Assembly (NCBI GenBank): GCA_023515725.1
Contig: JALDTO010000247.1
Span: forward strand, 186,001 to 250,000
Source: Amoeboaphelidium protococcarum X5
Taxonomy: Eukaryota > Fungi > Aphelidiomycota
Direction: 5' to 3'
DNA: 64,000 bases
A program made the translations under genes and the position numbers. A model generated the notes under the pieces. It was not told the DNA's origin and searched no databases. It saw only the letters and a list, made by a program, of their open reading frames with translations. How positions within the stretch are numbered: position 1 is the stretch's first letter; every line of letters starts with the position of its first letter. Below, in pieces: positions 13,200 to 26,202 of the stretch.

Positions 13200-14180
13200 T
13201 CATTCAATTTTCGACGTGTCAGTTACAGTCTTATATCCACCTTGTTTGGCCCATTGTTTAATCTCAATATCACAGATCCATCCAAACGCGTAGAATATAA
13301 AAAAGCCCACAAATGCTAGTACTCTATCAAGAAATCCAGCATTGTGCTTCTGAATACCACCACCCACACATCTTGCAACATCTGTAATCCAGTCAGATGT
13401 AATCTCTTGCTAATCTTTCTCCAGTCCAGAGAGTAGATACTTGGCTATAACTTCAGGTATCTGGGCATCGTCGCCTTCGATTTTCCTCGTTATATCCGGC
13501 TTGATTTTGTTCTCCTCCTCAAAGCCAGGACTGAGAATCCCTCCAGGCGCCATTAGATGTACACCTATATTGAGCGGTTTAAGTTCCTATCTAATACTTT
13601 CGGTAAATCCACGCAATGCAAACTTGGCCGGACTGTAACTTGAGTAACCAATCAGTCCGAAGTATGTAAGAGTGGACGCAATTACGACGACATGAGCATC
13701 TTGAATCTTGTCATCCACCATTTATTGTACGCATGGCTGGATGAGATTGACCGCGCCCATGTAATTCAACCTTATTGACTGCTCGTACACGGCAAGATCA
13801 GAGTTGAGAAACAGTCCAGGCTATGCTCTACCGGCACAAGCGAAAACCAGAGATGGAACACCTGCGGGAGACTACGAGATCTTGTTACGAACAAGTTCCG
13901 CTAATTTCAAACCATCAGTCACATCGACGCTAAATGATTATATGACTTGACTTGAAGGCGATTCACCAATACTAGACTTGACTTCGTCTACCGCCAATGT
14001 CAAATCCTTCTGGTTACGTGCAAGTATGGTAACATTGGCCCCTCTTTTAGCACATTCTAGCGCAACAGCTTTGCCCAAACCTTTAGATCCTCCACTAATA
14101 AGAACATGTCTCCCGGTTAAATCACGCCATACCTTACCGTTGTCTTTAGTCAGTCCCAACCATACGCCAATCTAGTTCAT
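13200..14180 (-). CDS. KDSR: 3-ketodihydrosphingosine reductase (Tsc10/KDSR, SDR family)
   Basis: ISGGSKGLGKAVA..CAKRGANVTILARN, YSQYSPAKFALRG, SPGFEEENKIKPDIT, C-terminal hydrophobic tail. Confidence 0.85.
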
Positions 14181-14315
14181 TTCGCGTTAACTTTGTATTC
14201 GGTGCTGTATTTAAGAACGTTTCTATTACAGTCAATTTATTCAATAAATCAGCGAAATTTTTTTCCATCTGTCGTTCCTTCAGATAGAGATATCAGAATT
14301 AACCTGAAATTTGAG

Positions 14316-14909
14316 ATGATTAAATTAACAAGCTTATTTAGACAAAATCTGCAGATATCAAGCACTATTTTTAAAAGTAATAGTAAAAGATGCTTAAGTA
14401 CAACTAGTGCTTTGTACGCGTCGAAAAGGCCATAAAAGTTTAGTCTCCACACGCACAAGTATTAGACGGAGACCTTCATGCCAACGCTGATGAATGTGAA
14501 GACTTCAGTGTATGAGAATAGTAGCGCTGGTAGAAAATCTCTGCTCCATTTTATGGATAAATCTGATATTAATCTGGTGTCGCGAAAGTAATGGAAACTG
14601 TATTAGAAACACGTATTGCAACCGCATCAGAAGAAGACTCAGGTTCATAATCAATCAGTGTTCTACCAGATGGAGGCGATGCAGAGATACATTCCTACAT
14701 CTAGCCACTTGGCAGGCAGGTAGAATTTTAAGCGAATGAGCTCCAATTCGACGCACAAAGTTGGTAAGAAGTCGCGCGTCAGACGTCAGCGCATCAAACG
14801 CGTCCGATATGCTACGCGTTCCCAAGTGAAGAAGTTGCGCAGGGTGTTCAACAATGGCTTTGGCAAACATCGTGGCTCTAATAGACTATTTGGTATCAAT
14901 GAACAATGA
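14316..14909 (+). CDS. Basic mitochondrial protein, probably ribosomal bL35m
   Basis: Mitochondrial presequence (MIKLTSLFRQ...KRCLSTTS); C-terminal FKR..STHKVGKKSRVRRQRIKRVRYATRSQVKKLRR resembles bL35. Confidence 0.55.
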
Positions 14910-15026
14910 AATTATTACATCATATGATAATTTGTTTACTGTCATTTAAATATTTTTTAGCATGTGATCTCTTAATAAAATTGAGTTTAAAGATTTAAGA
15001 ATTCAGCTAATGCCATTTGATGTAAG

Positions 15027-15630
15027 GCTCAGGACTTGAGACAAGGTGTTCTTGCCCATAATTGCGTCCACATTCAAGTTTGTAGCTCTACCAAGAATTG
15101 AAATCTCTGATGCAAATATGGATGTCACTTTCGACAATATTGTCATTTCATTGGAAAGCGCCTTGCCTAATTTGGTTGAAGTCAACTTTACGAATAACAT
15201 TCAAATGTCTCCCCGCCCCAATCTGCCTAGTGCCTTTTACATCAGCGCCGTGGATGTCAATGTGTACCAGATCCAGGCTGATTTGCGCAATGTGGAGTTT
15301 TCAATCAACAAGCGAGGATTTCCGCCTCTGCGCGACGCTGGACTTGCTGACATTTTCTTAAGTGGAAATGGACTGAGTATCACAACGAAGACTGGCATTG
15401 ACACCAATCTGTGGTACACCACCTTGGTTCCTGTGGACATTAAGGTGAACATTGACGCGTTGCGCATAAATCTGCACGACTCGAGCCACGACTTTGCTTT
15501 CAGATTATTGGGCACATCTCTGGTCAATCAGTTGAAAAAGAGAATCTGTCGTTCACTGGAAGAGCAAATCTTCCTTGCCATCTGCCGTCTTGACTCTCTC
15601 GTAACTCAGACTTTCAAGTCTCAGCAGTGA
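15027..15630 (+). pseudogene. Orphan C-terminal third of a fungal DUF4449/DUF5923-type protein
   Basis: VFLPII..FKFVALPRIEISD..MDVTFDN....LPN, QIQADLRNVEF...GFPPLRDAGLADIFLSGNGL; no 5' part; in-frame TGA at 15037-15039. Confidence 0.7.
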
Positions 15631-16264
15631 TGGTATATTGTGTATTGCTATTATTTTTAATTGATTGCATTTTAGAATGAATTTTATGTACAAATATATT
15701 GTTTGCATAGCACTGATTATTTATAATGTTTCATCACTTCATACACTTGTTAGCTCTGTGGATCAATCATCGAAGGGAGTCGAAACATTGACACATACAG
15801 TACGTTTAGACACTCTCCAAATCGCGTAGATGTCTATATGTACGGTATATAAACGACGTCTTTATATTCTTCCAATTATAAGTTCATATCTTCAAAGTGC
15901 GAGTCGTTAAAGAGATCTTGCATTCACCTCAACTGAAAAGTACTTCTGATCAGTTTAGTTCCCTGGATAGTGCTTAAGCGCGACATCAGTTTCCTGTAAG
16001 ATTGCGATGAACTGACTCCCCAACAACTTGAGTCCTTTATCTAAGATATTATTAAAGGCAATTAAGAGCCGCAAACGCGAGTCGATTATTAATAAATTTT
16101 AATCCGTTACTCCTAATACTTTTAGTCCTCCGGTGTGAATATGGTTTTCACCCTTTGCGCCAGTTGTGCAATCATACTTACCGACATTATCAATTCAACC
16201 TCTTTCACCAAAATTGATAAAAAATCTATTTCAAATCAATTGCATAATCTTATAGAGGGAAAAA

Positions 16265-16429
16265 ATGATATCAGATTTGATCGCTAAAACCAAAGGATCA
16301 TCCTCCTACCCTTCCATGATTAATCTCAATTCTACGTGGGTTAATAGTAAAGGCGCGTGGTCTATAAACGCGCTGGTCATCCTGATACTCCGAATTGCAT
16401 TTGGCATCATTCCATCATCTGCGAAGTGA
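16265..16429 (+). pseudogene. Truncated ORM1/ORMDL gene (N-terminal ~54 aa only)
   Basis: NLNSTWVNSKGAWSINALVILILRIAFGIIP matches the ORM N-terminal motif, then an early TGA; the downstream WTLTN/FH..KG.PF part was not found. Confidence 0.65.
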
Positions 16430-16629
16430 GGGGAGATATGAAACACTTCACCTGCTAGAAAGATACGTGCTGAGTCGCTGCGTTGTTAGAAGGAGTCGAG
16501 TTGGCCAAATGGTTTAGAATATCTTTGCAAATTAAGAGACTGCTCTTTATGAGCGGGAACTTATGTAACTGACGACTATATACGATCCTTCGCTATCATT
16601 TAAATATAGCAGAAAATAATAGCGCGACT

Positions 16630-16890
16630 CTCTGGGAAAATACTCATACCACACAAGGTGTGATGTACTTTAGCAAAACGCATCACAAGGTGTGAGACAT
16701 TGCCAAACCGCGATAAAATAAGATTTGGCTGCTTTTAATCACACTTTTCTAGTATATTCGAGTCTCCTCTTTCATTTAAAAGTAACCGCAAATGTAGAAC
16801 ACTGCTCGCCGAAAAGTTACCCATACCACACAAGGTGTGATACACTTTAGCGAAACACATCACAAGGTGTGATGCATTGTCAAACCGCGT
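16630..16890. repeat. Two-copy diverged direct repeat containing CACAAGGTGTGA dyads
   Basis: CATACCACACAAGGTGTGAT...TTTAGC.AAAC.CATCACAAGGTGTGA..CATTG.CAAACCGCG at 16645 and 16822 (177 bp apart). Confidence 0.85.
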
Positions 16891-17266
16891 TTGCATTGTT
16901 ACAAAAAAGTTATTCTTGCTCCGGCTTTGCGCTGGCTATCATAATTATAGTCATCAGCGGCCAGCGAGTCTTATTTTGAGGTGCCAGAATGATAATTGAC
17001 TATTTGGTCGATGAATAACACTGTTACTGGGGGCTCGTTCGATGACGTCATTTATCCAGTCACTCACACGTCTCAACATGGGCTTGTTTATTTGCTTTAA
17101 CAATGTAGCATGTGTGAGAAAAAAAAGGATGGCACACTTTACTTATGATTATCAGGGATGGTTTATCAACAGTATCTTTCTAGATGAAAGATTTAATTAA
17201 ATATGAACCTCTTGTAACACATTATCAATTTAAAATTACATATAGTTTATTTTGTAACAAGAAGAA

Positions 17267-18022
17267 TCATAATATCTTGATAACGATCGACTTGAAATCG
17301 TCACAGGTGGAGAGAGAGGTAAAGTCGTGAACTAGAGAACCATCATCCATCATTTATGCCAACTGCGGATTAATCGAAATCTTGCCTAGCAGCGGAATAT
17401 TATACTTTTAAGATAGCGATTATCCACCACCAGAGCTGAATATATCCGTACAATCTGAGCAATGTGGGCACTTGTATCCACTCATATTCTCAATGACTCC
17501 GAGCACAGGGATTCCGACAGTTTTGCAAAAATTGAATTCTTTACGAACATCTGCCACTGCTACTTACTACGGAGTAGTGACCAAGATTGCGCCATCTAAT
17601 GCATATTAATCCTGATTACTCCTTATTGCATCCAGTACAGCTAAATGCTCATCGGATGTTCCAGGTGGCGTGTCTATGAGCAGGTAATCGAGATGACCCC
17701 AATCTACATTGCGGATAAACTGAGAGATCATTGCAGTCTTTTTAGGACCACGCCACACTACAGCAGTGTCTTTGTCTTGGAGTAGGAAATTGATAGACAT
17801 AAGATATAGGCCATCTGCCACCTGAGCAGGCACCCAGCCATTCGATGATTATTCTATTGATGCTTCAGGTACGCCAAATACCAGTGGCATTGATGGACCG
17901 CAAAGATCCACATCAAGTACTCCCACTCTTAGACCGCGGCTGTGTAATGCTAACGCCAATTATCCACATACTGAAGATTTACCAACACCGCCCTTTCCAC
18001 TTAATACTAGCAGCGTCTTCAT
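17267..18022 (-). CDS. NUBP2: Cytosolic Fe-S assembly factor Cfd1/NUBP2
   Basis: [51 protein letters not shown]; lacks the N-terminal Cys cluster of Nbp35. Confidence 0.9.
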
Positions 18023-18463
18023 ATTGTAATTCGGATTTTATTATATCTATCCGCTGATGATAATAGAAAAACGAAGCAAAATGTCTCTGATTATTGAAAT
18101 AAATCTTAAGAGGCGCGTCTTCTCTCACTTTGTTAGGCAGAGTTACTTTAGTGTGTCAAATATTGTATGTAGAGTTGCTTTAGTGTATTGGACTGAACAA
18201 TTTTACAAATAAGCAGTAAATATTTATTTAACATGGAAATTATCTAATAGTATCTACTAATCTTTATTTGAAACACATGGATAGTTATGGACTCACTTGA
18301 TGACTGATGTGGCGGTCATCCCTGAGTTAGAAGTGTTCATGCAAAGTTGGTGGTGTTATATCATGATATCATAAAATGGATACTGGCTTTACCTATTTTC
18401 AGTCTGAATTATCTGTAATCCTATTCAATTGGTCCTATTAAAATACATTATCAGCAAGAAGGT

Positions 18464-20290
18464 ATGGATAATCAGTGGAAAGCGCAAGAAACTGCTCCAA
18501 GGACAGAAGAAAACGTGTAAGAGCAACTGCTTAGGGCGCGCAACATTACTGAACACCCCCAGCCAGGATATCAAGGATATGGGGTGATGCCCCAAAAAGG
18601 CGCCGGTAAAGGTCCCAAAATTGCCCTCATGCCTCGCCGCAAAGAGGAGCAATCACAGACAGCGTAGGTTCAGTTGAATAGGGAAGTGAAGACGCATACG
18701 GCAGCGTTCAATCCGGGTCCTATGCAGAGACCGTATCCATTTATGATGCCCTATTACGCAAGCAAACTTGGCATGGCACCGCAAGCTTATCCTAGTAACT
18801 TTGTGTAAACTTATGGAATTGGTCCGTACAGCGATCACTACTACTATGGATTCACACCCAAGGATGTGTTGCTCTCGATTGCCAATTCTCCCCGCGGAAG
18901 ACGTCATTCGCCGTATACCAATCCTGCATATGGCAAACTATCTTTAATGAGATAACGCGAGATTTAGGACTCCAGAAGATTCATGATGCAAGTATAGGAA
19001 ATCTTTATGCAGGGACGTATTCCAACCAACCAGTTTTTGCACGAGCTTATCGGAAGGCTAAACTTTTGTATCAATCGCTCCATGTATGGTGGGAATTTGT
19101 CACCAGCATCAGCGGAAGTATTGATCAATGTGCAGTAATTCATCCAGGTATTGGGACAGGTGCTGCAGGAGAAGAATTATGATGAAAAGTTGCAGAGTTT
19201 CTTGCAGCACGCGTATCTATCTTCAATGTTTACGGCTCAGGTGAAGTAACGCATATCTCAGTATGGAATGCCTGATTAGTAGTTTGGTAGAGGTGGCCAG
19301 TAGCAGCATGTCATGAAAATTCTAATGTAGTTGGGAAAGTTGTTGAAATCCGGCACTGAAGTTAGCGGTCTGCTGGAGATGATTGGCAATTCATAGTAAT
19401 CCCAATCTCCGATGCCTGAGCCTTAGCAATAACGTCCAATGTAATCTTAGGCTGCGTCAATGAGAAATGGTGGCGGTGGAACGACGGTGGGCGGAGAGCA
19501 GATGTATGTGCGAGTCGATCAGAATGCTCCAAGTCCCCAGCAGTTCTAAGCACCTTCTGCGTAACCAATGATGAGAGATTATGCATCAGCTTTACGCACA
19601 CCATTAACAGCTGATCAAGCGGCCCTAGTTGCCGAGTCTCTACGCAGTATCCTGTAATCGCTGCAGTAAAGTCCAGAGTTGCTGCAAGCTGTGATTCTGA
19701 TTGCTCGTATGGCTGCGGAACTTGGTGCAGTGACTGGTAGGGAGTATCACAGGATGCATCGTACTATTCCTCTGTCGTACTATGAAGCGAATAGGCCTGC
19801 TATGCTTGAAGATCTTAAGCAGTTGGTGTAAAGATTTGCAAATGGATATTCCTTGGATGGTCTGATACGCGTCATTGATTAGTTTTAATTGTTCATTACA
19901 CAGGATTGGGAGACTAGGGACTATTTGGACTCTCTGCAGTATTTTTCTAGTCGTTGTATGGATGATCCCGGCTACTTGAATGGTCCAGAATACACTCTGA
20001 AGTCTATCCGCCTGATTGAGGATGGTAGAAAGCTGTTTGGTACCAAGATTCCTCAGTTGATCAACAGCTTTGTGTTTGAATTGTAAAATATTCTGAATGG
20101 CCTGCAGTCCGATCGTGCATTGAATGCAATCTACTAATCTGGATGGTAGTTGGTTCAGTCTATCCTGATGGATCCTCAATCAGGCTAGGTGACTTTGAAG
20201 TAGGATCTGATCTTTGAGAACTATATCCATTCACAGTTGTTTTATTGCCTATATTACAAGGATGTTGCAGATGTGGGTGTAAAGTCTTGA
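18464..20290 (+). CDS. N-terminal two-thirds of a DUF4449/DUF5923-type protein, truncated and ending in an unrelated tail
   Basis: Open frame of ~608 aa: GRIPTNQ, LSPASAEVL...QEKNYDEKLQSF, LVQRFANGYSLD, DPGYL, DPQSGQVTLKQDL; similarity stops near 20212. Confidence 0.75.
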
Positions 20291-20460
20291 AAACAAATAC
20301 AGTAGGACGTTATATAACATCAATTTTTAATAATTGTCAAGTCGCCATTATCTACCTCTCATTACTGCGGTATCAATTCATCGCTGTACTGTCGTTCTCG
20401 CGTCGCCACCGTTTCACTTTCACCAATACTACTGATCTTCATAGCTATTTAGGAGTTTTC

Positions 20461-20560
20461 TCTCTCTATCTCTCTCTCTCTCTCTTTCTGTTTTCTATCT
20501 CCCTTCTGCTTTCTTTAGACCGATCTTTGTCTGTGTGTGTGTGTCTGTGTGTGTGTGTGT
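20461..20560. repeat. (CT)n and (GT)n microsatellites
   Basis: Directly visible. Confidence 0.9.
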
Positions 20561-20667
20561 GCTTTTCTTTTAACGAATTATCATCTGAACAGTCAAAATA
20601 CTGCTAGTTATTATACCCTCTTGATTTCTACTTATTATTAATTACTAAATTAGACTGTAAATTGAAA

Positions 20668-21959
20668 ATGGATGTAGAGAAATAGAACAAGATCTAAGCG
20701 CTGGTTGAAGTTAGTGGATTGGGTCCCACCGAGGCTGAACATTTGTTAGAGGCACATTAGTGGAATGTTGATGAAGCAGTAACGACTCATTATGACACTG
20801 GACTAAAGTAGCCACAGATTGCATCGACTGTCCAAAGGGGTAGCAGCGGTCAGTCTTAAGCTTCCGTGCCAGACAGGTAAATCTTATATACTAAAATATT
20901 GTCTTTAAATTTATTGTTATATTATGTTACTCTATTTGTAGTACAGGTAGAAGGGGAATTGCAACTTTTAGTGATCTAAAGCAATCTGGTGCTGGCCAGG
21001 GATAGGGTGATAAAGATGACAAGGAAAAGTAGACTTACTTTACCGGTGGTGAGAAGAGTGGAATGCTGGTGGAAGGTCCACCTTAAGATATGGGATCCGG
21101 ATCAAATGATGTTGTTCAGCAACTCTTGAAAAAGGCTCAGTAGATGGCTGGCTTTGGACCTTCTGAGGGTGATGATGATGACAATGATGATGGTTCATAT
21201 TAGTCTAGAATGCCCCAGCAGTCCGCTTCATCCAGGCCAGTGTTTAAAGGCACGGGATACAAGTTGGGTGGGGAAGATGTGCAGAGTGAAGTCATTCCAG
21301 ATCCTAGTTATCCTCAAGTGCCTGGTCAATCCGCTCTGAATTAGCATCAGCAGTAACAAGGGCACGAATTGCCAGAGGTGGAGAGACGTATCACCTTCTG
21401 GAAAGATGGATTTACTATTGGTGAAGATGGAGAGTTGCTAAAGTATGATGATCCAAAGAATAAACAAATACTTGAGTTGATTTTGAGTGGACGTGCGCCT
21501 CTGCATCTGTTCAATGTCCAGCCTGGTCAGAGAGCTGTGGTGAAAGTTGAAGAGAGGCGTGACTAGATGTATGTTCCGCCTAAGCGTAGTGTGAAGGCTT
21601 TCTCTGGTACTGGAAATAGATTGGGAAGTGTAGTGCCTCAGGACTCTTCATCACCATCATCATCGTAGTAGAAACCTCCGGCGCAACAATAATCATCATC
21701 GTTCACACTAAAGATTGATGACTCTAAGCCTGTAACTTCAATTCAAATCCGTTTAGCTGACGGTACTAGAATGGTGGCACGCTTTAATTTGACGCATACT
21801 GTGGCTGATGTTAGAAATTTCATCAACAACTCCAGGCCTGGTCAAGGAGGGAAAAGTTACACTCTGTAGACTCAGTTCCCCACCAAAGTGTTGGACGATA
21901 TGTAATCTCTCGGTGATGCTGGATTAAATAATGCAGTAATATTCCAAAAGATGTAGTGA
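20668..21959 (+). CDS. NSFL1C: p47/Shp1 UBA-SEP-UBX cofactor of p97
   Basis: [59 protein letters not shown]; intron 20877-20941. Confidence 0.9.
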
Positions 21960-22077
21960 TTTTGATCATTGAGTAAAAGCTTCATTAGCAGAATACTTGT
22001 AATAAAATTGTTAGTATAGGATTTACCTATTACGAGAAGATTTCACTTTATTTCACCCTCATTGCTTATTACTTTCT

Positions 22078-25000
22078 TCAATGTTGGAGACTAGAGCGAA
22101 GGTTAGCAGTTTAAGCAGAGCCGCCAGATGGAGCATTTTAGATGATCAATCGCCTTAGACGGACAGCTGCTATGACGGCGTTGGCGGCACATTTAAACAA
22201 CAGACGACCTCGCACCCTGAGATGGATAGGACTTTGAGGACGGGCAGATATCAAATGGCACAGACTGTCAAAATGTTGAGCACGAGACAGCACAATCAAC
22301 AAGATGGACTTTTAGTAAATCAGATCCTATTTGTGACCAAGGTCTTTGTGATATGACACCCGAATCTGTTACAGCTCTTTCATCATTACTTGGCAATGCT
22401 TATTATGCTTCTCACGCTCGTAATTTAGGAGGGCATTCAGCTTGTTAGAAGTCAATAGTAAGCCAGAGCTGTCTAAATGATGTTGTGATGAATTCACCGA
22501 CATTCGTCCATACTCTGACGCACTCAGATTATTCTTAATATATTCCGCAAGCTCTCTTTACTACTCTTTTAAAGCACTCAATTCTGCAGCCAACTATTGG
22601 GAAACAAGATCATCACGAGACGATGAAGGACTCCTTCTACTCACGGAAGAGACAGCCCTATGTTAATCTCGCTCTTCTCTTAGCCGGGTGATAATCTCGG
22701 TCTACTTTCTATTGACGGCTTCAAGTTCATTCAACTTATCTTTGAAAGATGTGACGAGCTGCTACCTCTCGGTTGACATATCTGACTACAATAGTTCAAA
22801 CTGAGCAGACTACTGCTTCAATTTACCAATTACATCTTTCAACTGTCGTTCAAAAGCAAGCTTCTCCATCATCACACGTTCATACTCCAGCTTGAGCTCT
22901 TCAATGACTTTATCTCGCTTACGAACAGCCTTCTTTAGACGGGCGTAATCCTGTGACGGAATATCGGATGCCTGGCCACTGATTGCCGAAAGTGGAACTC
23001 TATCTTCGGTCATTGTAAGTTCCAACTGATCAATTCTCTTCATGAGCTTATCCACCATCAACATCTCGCCATCATTTTCATCGGCAGTTGGAGTTAATTA
23101 CTACATGGAATTCTCGGACCTACCCAAAATCTGTTGAGAACCTTACACCGCAATTGGAGAGATTTACTCTAAAAACTTTTGACGCAGCTCCACCAAAATT
23201 CCCTTTAAAATACCATTAGCCTCCATCTCATGCTCCCAGACACGTCTCAACTAGTCCACTTAGGCATGCAATAAGATCTAAGCAGCGTCCATATTGTCAT
23301 CAGCCTCTGATTACACTTTGGTAATCTCTATTAGCGCTCTTCTTAACTACTTGACCTCTTCCTACAAAATACGATTCTCTGGATTGTATAAACTGACAGT
23401 ATTATTCTATGCCACTTCCGAGTGACTTTACTTAAACTGCGCAGATCGAGTCAACTTGACCAATTGATCAATGGCAGATAATGTCTCTCCCGTCTGACTG
23501 AACATTTCATAAAACTTCTTCTAATCTCCATCCTGATAGTCAGCATCATTTCCATTTAAAGATGAAAATATTTAATCATCAGCATTCTATGAAAACTCTA
23601 CATGGTTTTCCCTATTCTACAACGGCAGAACTCGGGACTGAATTTCCACTTGCTACTTTTACATCGCCGTCATTCGAGTCCCTGCAACTCTTAGCTATTC
23701 TTTCATCTCATTGGCTTACTAAGTCTTCACCATAATCTCAGATTTAAACTCACTCACTTGACTCTCCAACTAACTGATATGCAAATTTTTGGTTCCATGC
23801 GCCAATTTCAGCTCTTGCAGTTGCTATTCCAGCTGCTGAATCTGCGTTTAGCTGTCATTAGTCATATTAGGGGAGCTTTTTTGAGAGTACAGCTTTGACA
23901 ATTACGACTCAAGATCTGCAATGCACTAATCTCTGAACTTCAATTACTCGTCAAAACTATTCTAAGCCTCAGAGAGCGCAATCTCCAAATCTTAACATCG
24001 ACTCTGAGTAGACTTTAGATCCGTCTCCATCTACTATAGCGCATCACCATTACCAGCTTTGTTATTATCCAAAGTCACTTTAGAGTCTAACTCAGCAGAC
24101 AACTCCTTCAACTCTTGTCGAAGCGAAAGAGCAGTGCTTGACAATGTTGAATCTGACAATTTAGCAAAAATATTGTTCAAACAATCAAGCCACTCAGCGG
24201 CATCCAATAGCTCATCTTTATCTCCAATGACACCATTCAAGATGGATTCAAATTCAACATGCTGATGACAAAAGCTTTGAATTGCAGTAGCATATTACAG
24301 CAATAAATCTCTACTCCGATCAAATTAAACTTCTAATTGGATCGACTTATCATTCAAAAGGCGAAAGTTATTCTCCACCTAAGTCAGAGTTGCTTTAGTC
24401 TGCCTCAATTAATCCTGAGCCTCCTCATACGAATCTACAGAGATAACTTTTTGAGATCTCACACTATCCAAATCGTACTCCAAGTCGGCGATAATGGCAA
24501 GCTTTTATTATACGTCCTGCTTAGAGATGTCCAAATCGTGCTCCTTCTGGGATAAAAGGTCAGATAAATGTCTCGACTAATCTTTCAAAACTTGATTTTC
24601 ACCAGCCAGCTCTGCAACTTACTCTTACAATTACGTAACTTCATTCTTCAATCTATTCGCAAACTCGTTCAGTCTTAAACCAAGGGGAAAGTCTAACTTA
24701 ACACTGTCGCTATCAACGCCATCGCCACTTTAAATCTCCAAGTATTCCGTAAGCATCTGGTTATTATTCTAAATCTACTCAAAATCAGCTTTCACTTTCT
24801 ACAGCGATGATTCCTGTTCACTAACTGTGCATTAAAGCATTAACTTCTCAGACTACAGTTGATCATAGGACTGAACTTTTTGACGGATAATCGACGCTTA
24901 ATCACCCTCAAATTGTTCAAATAGAGATACAAGGCGCTCAGATATGTTCTCCTCATTAAGCACTTCATCATCATTTGCATAATTAATCACATCCTTGCCA

Positions 25001-26202
25001 GAAATCTAGCTAATAAACAATTGAAGCTATTTGTACACAGGGATGATCAATCGCAAATTCTCTGCAGTTGTCCCATTGGCATCTTTCAATTTATCATAAT
25101 CCACCAACTTCTCTTCAAGATTCTTTAATAGCACGAGTTAAGTCGACACTTCAGCTTCATGATCACTTCGCAAAGACTGCGTTTCTTTATGCAGTCTGTC
25201 AATTTCACTCTAAAGCTTTTAACAAGACTCTATTTACAGATCTCTATCATGCAAAGCTTATTCAACATCTGAACTTGAATCTTTCAACTTCTTTGAGTCT
25301 TTATAAAGTTCATGCACTTTGTTCAATAAAGAATCACTATCCAAATCTCCTTCTTGGTCAAAATCAATCAGCTTTGCCAAGTCTTTGAAAACTGAATCCC
25401 GGTGAGCAAGTTCCACCTCTAATTTCTATTATAACTCCTGCTAATCTTCCAGCTCATTATGCTTCTGATTAAGGACATCATTACTAGCTTTCAAATCTTC
25501 CAATTCACTTAGACTCCCCGATAAAGACAGTTGCTTTTGATTTAATTACACTTCATACTCTTCATTCTTCAATTTAACAATCTGTAACTCTTCCTCTAAA
25601 GCTTTAAATCTATCTTTTTACTCTTAGTCAACCACTTTACTCTATTTTAGCTAATCATTGGTCGTATGTAACTCTTACTAAAGCTTTGACACTTGTTTAC
25701 TCAAATTGGCATGTCCGTCCTTACTCGTTCTGAGCTGCGTCTGCAAATCTATAATCTCTTATGACTATGCGTCCACATCCTTCTTCAGTTTAGAGTTTTC
25801 AGCTTCCAGTAATTGAATTCTGTCCAATAATTGAGATGAATTACGTCTGCTATAAGATGGAGGCGGTACATATTCCAGAGTGGGAGGAGATGGCTCAGAT
25901 GGACTGATATTCGATTCAAAAGACGCAGGAGGCTGCTCCTAACCAATATCCAGATCTTAATCCCTCATAGATTCAGATTATTACGGTAGAGATAATGTAT
26001 TTTCAGACTAAGTCTTATCATCCTAACTTTTCACTTCATCTGCAGCATCTTCATACAGACTCGTAGTAGATTGTTAGGCAGCAACGTCCACTGCTTGTTC
26101 ACCACCATCAATGCCCTCCAGAGAAGACTGAGAAGAAGACTTTTTGCTCTAAAACTTATTAAGCCTCTTCCTAGCCAGAGCCAACTTTTCTTCTCTATTC
26201 AT
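22078..26202 (-). CDS. Large coiled-coil protein with C-terminal PACT domain (pericentrin/Pcp1-like)
   Basis: MNREEKLALARKRLNKFQ start; ~1370 aa rich in Q/E/L; DLIYQKSILL...FKCAANAVIAAVRLRRL. Confidence 0.75.

Noticed and set aside
15890-16090. LRR-like peptide on the minus strand (LLIAFNNILDKGLKLLG)
   Set aside because: Single weak motif with no convincing gene model
13200-16429. Sphingolipid gene cluster (KDSR + ORMDL)
   Set aside because: ORMDL is a truncated fragment inside a rearranged block, so the proximity is likely accidental
20245-20668. Read-through fusion of the DUF4449 N-half into p47/UBX
   Set aside because: The N-half is in a different frame and stops at TGA 20288-20290; the 20245 ORF runs through microsatellites
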